A DNA stretch of 64,000 nucleotides from Octopus sinensis. Lineage: Eukaryota. Position 1 is the first letter of the stretch. Every line of letters begins with the position of its first letter. The DNA is taken from positions 52,638,001-52,702,000 of the forward strand of contig NC_043002.1 in NCBI RefSeq assembly GCF_006345805.1. The letters run 5' to 3'. Under the pieces are notes generated by a model that searched no databases, was not told the DNA's origin, and saw nothing but the letters and a program-made list of their open reading frames with translations. The position numbers and the translations under genes are program-made. Below are positions 54,486 through 64,000 of the stretch, piece after piece.

Positions 54486-56312
54486 AGTATAAAATGAGTT
54501 TAGACAAAAGAATTCCCTGTACTTACGTCCGAAAGGAAGTTAGTTATTAAAATCTCACGCCCCAAATTTGATGTTTTAGTCTATATTAGAGTCAATTGTA
54601 AAACACGGCCTGAAACTTTGCCTAGTGAATGCTTACATATATTGGAAATTGTTTTTCATAACGTCTCCACCTATCAGGTTCTGCATATCTAAGATACTTA
54701 TATACGTGTTGCGGGGTGGGGTAAACATTTCGAAATTACTTCGTATTGTAATTTTAAGATTCGGGAAGTTGAAAAGTTTTCGATGAGTCCATCCGGAACT
54801 TATCTACTAGAAGCCCGTTCAAATTTTAGGAAACTAATAGATTTGGCTCCCATGATAACATCAAAGAGATCTATTTTGTAAGTTTCCATCCATGTGATGT
54901 CGTCATTAAAAACAAGGATCAATTTCCTGGCACTCAGATCGATGGGCATATAGTAATTCAATAAATCAGTTCAATAGTTCCATCTATACAATAGCTCGTT
55001 TTCAGAAAACTACAAAAGGAAAAATCTAGTTCTTGCTTTCATCTTTTAATAAATTCATACATCGACCATCACTGCGCCGTTTTCATGGAGATATAAAGAT
55101 ACACACATGTACATGTGTTAAGGAACATGCAAGCGTACACGCGCTTTTAAATCCTTCAAACAAACACGGGTATACATGCATAAACATATATTTAATACAG
55201 ACATACACACAAATACACACACACATACATACACAGCAACTATACATAGACGTGTTGTGTTTATGGAGTGAAAACGCAACGCATATTTCAAAGATACCAT
55301 CATAATAACACGAAATCTTGCTTCCATTCTTGTCTAATGAATTAACATATGCAATTGGAACAATATCTTACATCAAATTGCCTGAAGAACCATGCTGTGT
55401 CGAAACTAAGATGTTGATATATAAAGCGGAATATCTAGTAAATAATACAACATATATTGTACTCTGCAAATTAGCATTGTGCTCTGTCCTGCCTAATATT
55501 TATTATAATTGCTTTCTCTCTCAAACTATATAATTATATAGTTGAATACCGGATGCGCCCATGATGTTCGGATCTACAGATCTGATGAGAGTTAGTTTTC
55601 TCCATTATACATTATGCTGAATATGTATAATGATGTAAAATGTACGTGTATAATATGCAATGTTGAAATTAATAATACTATATTGAGAAGATTACAAAAC
55701 GGAAATAATCATAAAAACCACATGGAAATAATAAAGCACTATTCTCCTTTCATATCCTGTGATCTTATATGTGCCCCATATATGACTAAAAGACTTCACC
55801 AGGTGGGGCTATTTAACTTAGACATGGCCTGGGCCGATACTGGCTGAAACCTGTCAAAGTTATATATATACAAAATTGGGACAAAAACGCAAAAATCCAG
55901 GCAGTTAGGTGATACAAAAAAGGGACAACAAAATATCCAGACAGAATGTACAAGGAAAACAAGGACAGGTCATTCGGAGTTTTCTATCCTCAGTAGAGTT
56001 CCAGATTATCTTTGCGAATTTTGGCTGGTTATACTTGAGATTGCTCCAATCTGGCCAACTCCAAGGAAAAAATAAACTAAGAGCAGCATTAGATTCCTTG
56101 GAAGAAAGCAGCGAATGTATACGAATATATATATATATATGTATATATATACATATACACAGACGGACAGACAGACAGATATATGTATTAATTGATATGC
56201 AGGTGCACAAGCACGTATGTTCAAGTATATATACATTTAAACCATTCAAAAGTGCACACACACACATTCCTCAAAAACAAAAACAAATACACACAAACGT
56301 GAAAGGATACAA

Positions 56313-56408
<96 letters not shown>

Positions 56409-56433
56409 GTAGGTAGGTAGGTAGGTAGGTAGG

Positions 56434-56503
<70 letters not shown>

Positions 56504-57164
56504 CATAGATAGATAGATAGATCTGATGGAGATAACTCAGCATTAACCTATGCAACTCACTGGAGCCAGTAAACGAATATACGATGCTAATTAATGAACT
56601 CGTTTATTACTCTAATGGAGTTTAAAAGAAGTACCACCCACATGGTACTTTAGCTTTCAATAAGCCACCCTGCGGCGAATTGATCTCTCCACTAAGAGTA
56701 TAGCTGTATAAAAGTAATAAAAGTATTACGGTAGCAATATGAACTTCTGTAATACTTAAGTAGTAACTAACTTTGTATTCATTTCTATATATACTAAAGT
56801 AAAGGTATACGTGTTGTAGATGAATGTGATAGAAAAGAAAAAGAGAAACATAAGCACGTATTCTAAATATATACATTCACACACTCAAACACGCACACAC
56901 ACACATTCACGTATATTTATATGTATAAGGATATATATACATATATATATACATATGTTTGTGCGTGTGTATGCATGTGGATATATGTATGTGTGTACGT
57001 GTGTGTGTGCACTACACACTAAATCTTTCTCCTACACAACTGCACACGCACGTTAATGTTCTTAATCTTAATCTTAATTTTGTATTTTTAGTGTCGTTAC
57101 CATCCAAATTCGTTATATAGATAAATAGACCACAGATAGACAGACAGATACGCACAGACACATA

Positions 57165-57708
57165 TGGAAGCACTCCGTCGGTTACGGCGACGAGGGCCCC
57201 CAAGTGGCTGAGCACTCCACCAACACGTGCACCCTTAACGTAGTTCTCAGGGAGATTCAGCGTAACACAGAGGGTGACAAGGTTGGCCCTTTGAAATACA
57301 GGTACTACTTACTTTTGCCAACTGAGTGGACTGGAGCAACGTGAAATAAAGTATCTTGCTCAAAGACACAACGCGTCGCCGGGAATCGAACTCACGACCT
57401 TACCATCGTGAGCCGAATACCCTAACGACTAAGCCACGCGCTTTCACATACTTACACATATGTATATACGGTGTTGCGTGCGTGTGTGCATATTGCTTGT
57501 ATGTATGCATATAAGTACGTGTATATATATATATTTCGTGGCACTCAGTCGGTTACGACGACGAGGGTTCCAGTTAATCCGATCAACAGAACAGCATGAG
57601 ACGGAGCATCGTGTAGCTTTTAAGTGTTTTCATTCGGTCTGGGAATCGAAATCGCGATCCTATGACCGCGAGTCTGCTGCCCTAACCACTGGGCCATTGC
57701 GCCTCCAC
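57165..57708 (-). mobile_element. Two tRNA-derived SINEs sharing the 3' end gcactc(c/a)gtcggttacg(g/a)cgacgaggg (57165-57447 and internally deleted 57536-57708)
   Basis: tRNA-like heads gggaatcgaa...cctaac..ct on the right; identical-type tails. Confidence 0.75.
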
Positions 57709-57711
57709 ATA

Positions 57712-57808
<97 letters not shown>

Positions 57809-58145
57809 ATATCTACAAATAAATATATACATGATTATAAATATATATACATATATGTGCACACACGTACATAAACACGCACACACACATAAATAATGTA
57901 TATTAATATAAGTAAATATGTTAGCAAGACACAGGGAGGCCTATCGTGTGAGAAGATAATTGGATTAGACATATATGTGTGTGTATGTATGTATATGTAT
58001 ATATATATATATATATATTATAATATAATATATATAATATATATAATATATATAATATATATATATGTATATGTATATATTTATACATATATATACATAT
58101 ATATGTATAATATTTTTTACATATATATATACATATTACATTTAT

Positions 58146-58222
<77 letters not shown>

Positions 58223-58241
58223 GACACATACACACACACAT

Positions 58242-58286
<45 letters not shown>

Positions 58287-58381
58287 GAAAAAAGAGGAGC
58301 AAAAGATTGAAGAGATGGGGAGAGAGAGAGAGAAAATATACAAAGCGAGGGGAGAGGATGTGATTCAGAAATAGAATGAAA

Positions 58382-58423
<42 letters not shown>

Positions 58424-59149
58424 GAGAGAGAGGGGGAGAGGGGGGGAGGGAGAGAGAGAGAGAACCAGAAATATCACACGTGTATCTCGTTCCTGCATTT
58501 GTTATTTTGAGATGTTCTTATGTTTCTCTTTGAAACAGTTTCTTGTCATTTCTTAATTTACCATTCTCACCTGATAGTTCGTTTTTCTACGCTTGCATAG
58601 CAATACCATTTCGGGTTAAATTGGCACCGGAGCGAGCACTGCTGATTTAACCACCCGTGACTGGAACCTAAGAATGTTGTTTGCCAAACATACTCTCTCA
58701 GTTTACGTAATGTAGGTTTCGTTTCGTTTAAGTTCTTCCAATTGTTGTTGTCGTCGTCGTCGTCGTCGTTGTTGTTGTTGTTGTTGTTTGCTGGTAGAGA
58801 AGGATTTTAGGGGCAGAACGATTTGTTTTTTTTTTTTGTTTGTTTGTTTTGTTCTTTTTTGCTTTGTCTTTTTTTTTTTTGTCTGCTGAAATCTTTTCTC
58901 ATATGTTCATTATGAAAGTATAAATAGTTACTATTATATAACGAGTAAATATGCGTGTGTTCGTACTTGCGTATATGATGTGTACCTATGTATGTGTGTG
59001 TGTGTATTTGTATGTAAGCTTCCATATATGTGTATGTGTGTGTGTTTGTATGTCTTTGTATGTTATATATATATGTGTGTGTGTGTGTGTAATTTATACC
59101 GTATCAAGACAATTACCCCCATTGGTTAATTACCCTCTCTCTAATATAT

Positions 59150-59439
59150 TGTTTGTTCCTTCTCGAGCTACGCCTGGCTCATAAGGGACGGTTTCCTGGT
59201 TTCCTTGGCGTATAGGTTCCCCACCTGGACGGCACGCCGGTCCGTCGCAGGTGAGCTGCAAGATGCAGGAGGAAAGAGTGAGAGATAGTTGGGGCGAAAG
59301 AGTCAGTAGAAGTTCGCCATTACCTTCTGCCGGAGCCGCGTGGAGCTTAGGTGTTTCGCTCATAAACAGTCTGAGATTCGAACCCGCGATTTCTCGACCG
59401 CGAGTCCATTGCTCTAACCACTAGGCCATGTGCCTCCAC
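59150..59439 (-). mobile_element. tRNA-derived SINE, apparently nested in a short TIR element (~59099-59540)
   Basis: Head related to 42321; flanks ccgtatcaagacaattacccc and ggggttaattatccaagatacag are imperfect inverted repeats. Confidence 0.6.
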
Positions 59440-59616
59440 CTCCAATATATTAAGAAGTCGTAAATCATCACCTGTTGTCCTCAGGGGCATTTGTCCTGAG
59501 AGACGGGTTATTGTCTACGGGGGAGGGGTTAATTATCCAAGATACAGTTTATACATATATTAATATATATGCACAAACATAAACGTCTATATATGCATGC
59601 AGTTACACAGACATAC

Positions 59617-59722
<106 letters not shown>

Positions 59723-60134
59723 GTAGATAGATAGAATATATTCTTTCGAAGAAAGTTATGTGATGCGATATTGTATCGAGATAGTATGCCATATGACTTA
59801 ATCGACTTTTAAATATTTACATTAGGCATCAATAAAATACACGCAGTTGTCTCAGATACAGACTTCAACGAATAATCAGTAATTATATGAGTTATGTTTT
59901 AATTAAAAGAAGTAATTTAATAAAGTATATTTTAATCATCGAGAAAGAAGATAATATGAAATTAAAATTTTATGAAGTCCAAACAATTTTATTCATTCGA
60001 ATCACTTGTATGATTAAATATCTTTTAAAAACATTTGTCGACGATTAGAAACTAAAATTGTTAGTTTATATCAGTAGTTCTCAACCTGGAGTCCGCTGAC
60101 ACCTGGTGGTCGGAAAATGTAGTACTTCTTTTAT

Positions 60135-60330
60135 TCTTTTATTTGTTTCAGTCATTTGACTGCGGCCATGCTGGAGCACCGTTTTTAGTCGAGTAAATCG
60201 ACCCCAGGACTTATTTTTGTGTAAGCCTAGTCCTTATTCTATCGGTTTCTTTTTTCGATCCGCTAAGTTACGGGGACGTAAACGCACCAGCATCGGTTGT
60301 CAAGCGATGCTGGGGGGGACAAACACAGGC
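60135..60330 (-). mobile_element. Tail module of the bipartite SINE
   Basis: tgtttcagtcatttgactgcggccatgctggagcacc...cggttgtcaagcgatg. Confidence 0.8.
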
Positions 60331-60347
60331 ACACAAATATATTATAT

Positions 60348-60400
<53 letters not shown>

Positions 60401-60418
60401 GGTGTGTGTGTGTATGTG

Positions 60419-60614
60419 ACCGCGTGTGTACCGTTGCCGATTTTTTTCCTCTGTCTTCCCTTCTCTGGATCTTTCCTTTTCCTATGTTTCTGACGAAGAG
60501 CTCCGCTCGAAACGTAAAACCCTCCTTCCTTCCTTCCTGAGCATCCAATAATACTATATTTCTTGCACGTCCTCGCGTTGTTGTGTTTTTTCTTTGTGTT
60601 TCATGTTTGAATTA

Positions 60615-60617
<3 letters not shown>
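60419..60617 (+). mobile_element. Penelope-type family 1, copy 2, with minimal hammerhead-like motif (60486-60520)
   Basis: GUUU-CUGACGA-A-GAGC-UCC-GCUC-GAAAC-GUA-AAAC; ends in (TA)n. Confidence 0.65.
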
Positions 60618-60703
<86 letters not shown>

Positions 60704-60778
60704 ATATGTATGTATTTAGTATGTAGTATGTATGTATATTATATATTTATGTAGTATTATATATATATATATATATAT

Positions 60779-60816
<38 letters not shown>

Positions 60817-60999
60817 ATAATAAATATTAGGGGATAATCCAAATTTACAGGGAAAATCAGATTTAGGACTGAATCCAATTTTATAGTAAAATATTATATA
60901 ATATTATTAGAGACAAAACCACTATTATGCAAATCAAACAAAGAAAGACTTAATCCAATACATAAAAATTTTTTATATAAATTAAATAAATTAAATTCG

Positions 61000-61045
61000 C
61001 CACTACAATTGTTTCGTGTGTCTTCTAAGGACATTCATCAGGTGG
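61000..61045 (-). ncRNA. Minimal type I hammerhead motif in a (TA)n-adjacent element (~60812-61100)
   Basis: CCAC-CUGAUGA-AUGUC-CUUAGAA-GACACAC-GAAAC-AAUU-GUA-GUGG; palindromic CAAUUG stem III; the base of stem II is imperfect. Confidence 0.7.
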
Positions 61046-61269
61046 TATTCAGATCTTCTATTCAATTTTAAAATGGGAAACATTGTGAAAATGTTAGGAA
61101 TCACTGGTTTATATATTATCGTAGCCGAGTGATTAGGGTGTTAAGCTCGCTGTTGTAAGCTGATCGTTTCCATTTTTGGATCAAGCGGTGTGTCTTCATT
61201 TCACGATTCTCCCAGTCTACCCAGTTGAAAATGACTACCGGCCGTTTACTGATGCATCTCTCTCTCTCT

Positions 61270-61313
<44 letters not shown>

Positions 61314-62620
61314 CTCTTTCCATTCAGTTGTTACAATCAGGATGTTCAGCTAGGTCAAGAATGGACGACCAGGAGGATGGTTATCTTCTTACGACTACAG
61401 AGGCACCTAAATGAACTGCCAAAAGCATGTTACGAGCTACCAGTGAGTGTTGGGTTAATCTATCCTAAAAGAATATTAGTGCGTAACAATATTCTGATTA
61501 AAAAAAAAAAGAAAACGAGGCTGGTTTCGTGAACTTTTAATCAAAATAGATCGAGAAAATTGTAACTATCTGCAATTAGCATTTGAATAGTAAGAATTAG
61601 TATCACGTTCTGATAAGAATATCTATTATATTACAAGTTACTTATGGTTTCTCACATATCTTTTCGTTATTTTTTTTTTCATTGGCAATCATTCCCAAGA
61701 AGGCGGCAAGTACTTAATTATACGTTTCTACGTTACTCATGTTTTTCCTTTCACATGCATTTCTCGAATTAGCTTAAATAATTACGTTATTGCACTTTCT
61801 CGATGATGAAACTATAAAACTTCGTTTAATTGAAATACATATTGATGAATCGTTCGCTAAAACTTTAGTTCTGGACATTTCCCTTCATAATGATCATCAT
61901 CATCATCATCATCCAGTGTTTTAAATCCGGGTTTTGTCCTCGGTTAACGGGGTGGCCGGATCAACCACAATGCCATAGTAACCGATGTTGGCTGGTGCAG
62001 CCCACCCCAACCTTTGGCCTGGATGATGCCCATTCTCCTTTGCAATCATGGGGCATTTTTGGAGGTGGATTTTCTAAGAGGAGCATGCCCTTGCTTACCC
62101 CCAACCTCAGTTTCTAGACATGAGTAGTCTCGAGACCAAAGTCTCTACTACGATTTTTAAGAAATGTGATGGAAAACTAGCTCAGGAAGGCAGGGACGCT
62201 TCTCTCTGAGACCCCCTTTTGGAGCCCACCTATGTTTTTTTTTTAATATAATTCAGATGTGATAGCTAACCGTTGACTAAGTCACATGGCAAACTATGTC
62301 AACTCAGTATCCCATAGTTATTAGGTTTATCAAGTCATGCAGTAAGTTACTCGTTGTCGACCATAGTACTGATATGAGCTGTCGTCCTTTTACATCACTC
62401 CTCCTGCTTTAGTCCATTTATCTGTACTTTTGACTGGCAACGTACTGCAATACGTGATCCGTAAGAACCGGCCTGTCTAGTGTATTGCGAGCATAACTTC
62501 ATTTGCCATATATTATATGACTGATTAAATATATACTTTACGTATGGAGACCTCCGAATAACAATGAATGAGTTACCAACTGTTTTCTACACGCACACGC
62601 GAGAGCTCACACGCACATAG

Positions 62621-62652
<32 letters not shown>

Positions 62653-62692
62653 ACACACTCACATTTATTCAAGTATTTCTTAATATATTTTT

Positions 62693-63090
62693 CAAGACGG
62701 TGAACTGGCAGAAACGTTAGCACGCCGGGAGAAATGCTTATTCGTCTGCCGCTACGTTCTGAGTTCAAATTCCCCCGAGGTCGACTTTGCCTTTCATCCT
62801 TTCGGGGTCGATTAAATAAGTACCAGTTACGCACTTGGGTCAATATAATCGACTTAATCCGTTTGTCTGTCCTTGTTTGTCCTCTCTGTGTTTAGCCCCT
62901 TGTGGGTAGTAAAGAAATAGGTATTTCGTCTGCCGCTATGTTCTGAGTTCAAATTCCGCCGAGGTTGACTTTGCCTTTCATCCTTTCGTGGTCGATAAAT
63001 TAACTACCAGTTGCGTACTGGTCTCGATCTAATCGACTGGCTCCCTCCCCAAAAATTTCGGGGGCCTTGTGCCTAGAATAGAAGAGAATA
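62693..63090 (+). mobile_element. Dimeric SINE ((ATT)n-tail family)
   Basis: Two gttctgagttcaaattcc...gactttgcctttcatcc cores joined by the same linker as in 21921-22318. Confidence 0.85.
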
Positions 63091-63764
63091 TATCTTTTAA
63101 TATATGTCAATGGCGTAGACTGACAGAATTCTCAATTAGAATGCATTGTAAGTGATTTTGAATGGTTAATGTGTGCTCTTATAAGAATGTTATAACATTA
63201 TTCTATGTATTAAATTTATGAGAATACTCAATATCAAAAATCAGTCTTTTTTTTTTTGTCTTTTTTACATTTGCTCCTGGGTTGTCCTTTCGATGGATAG
63301 CAGTAAATATTGTTTTAGTAACATCAAGTCGAAGTTGATAGTGCATTGGTGACATATTTGGACAGCTGCTAGTCACGTGCGTAATATCTTGAACAGAGAT
63401 GCGATATAATTGACACTTTTCGATCGTATCCTATGGGTTTAAGCGCTTCACTGTCCAGTTTCTTCAACATGTATTTTGTAGCTGTCTCCTGATCTTGTAT
63501 TACGAAAGCATAACATTTGAATTGTGATGTGAAGCATATATGAATGTATGTATGCATGGATGCGCCTATGCGCGTAAATGTATGCATAGATATATACGCA
63601 TGTATACATAGATATATACGTGTGTATGTAAGTATATGTGTATGTTTACATGATGTACGTTTGTTTGTATGTATGCATGCGTCTGAGTATGTACGTAGGT
63701 AAGTATGTGCATGTGTGTGTGTAGTTTCAATTGAGTGTGTTGGTATATTGTGTACGTACATGTA

Positions 63765-63807
<43 letters not shown>

Positions 63808-64000
63808 TGTATATATGTATATACATACATATATATGTATGTATACGTATGTATGTATGTATTATGTATACATGGATGTGTGTATGTATTTATGTATATA
63901 TAATTGTATGTGTTTCAGTGTGTCCCAAATAACTATTTAGAGATTTAAAGTACATCTCTATACTGTACGTTACGTATATATATATATATTATATATATAT

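Noticed and set aside
55378-55420. CUGAAGA...GAAAC with hammerhead-like spacing
   Set aside because: Stem II is poor and there is no convincing stem I or cleavage triplet; not part of a recognised repeat.

Overview
Eukaryotic, AT-rich, microsatellite-saturated DNA. The SINE and repeat complement is most consistent with a coleoid cephalopod (octopus) genome; this is pattern recall, not a database result. No intact protein-coding gene is visible, and almost all ORF-track entries are translations of (CA)n, (TA)n, (TACA)n, (GATA)n or (ATT)n repeats. The window contains: (1) a near full-length decayed R4/Dong-type non-LTR retrotransposon (RT + CCHC + restriction-like endonuclease) sitting in (TAA)n, three more relics of that type and a ~550-bp non-coding partner element; (2) two Tx1/L1-type relics and a mariner relic; (3) several tRNA-derived SINE families, over 25 copies; (4) the most notable signal: at least 8 families of short, (TA)n-anchored, Penelope-type non-autonomous elements carrying hammerhead-ribozyme motifs, several with long stem II inserts and palindromic stem III, three of them built as head-to-head palindromes (one with apparently perfect 413-bp arms); (5) scattered phase-compatible exon candidates on both strands carrying frameshifts or in-frame TGA/TAG codons. 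All structures were read by eye; repeat boundaries are approximate.
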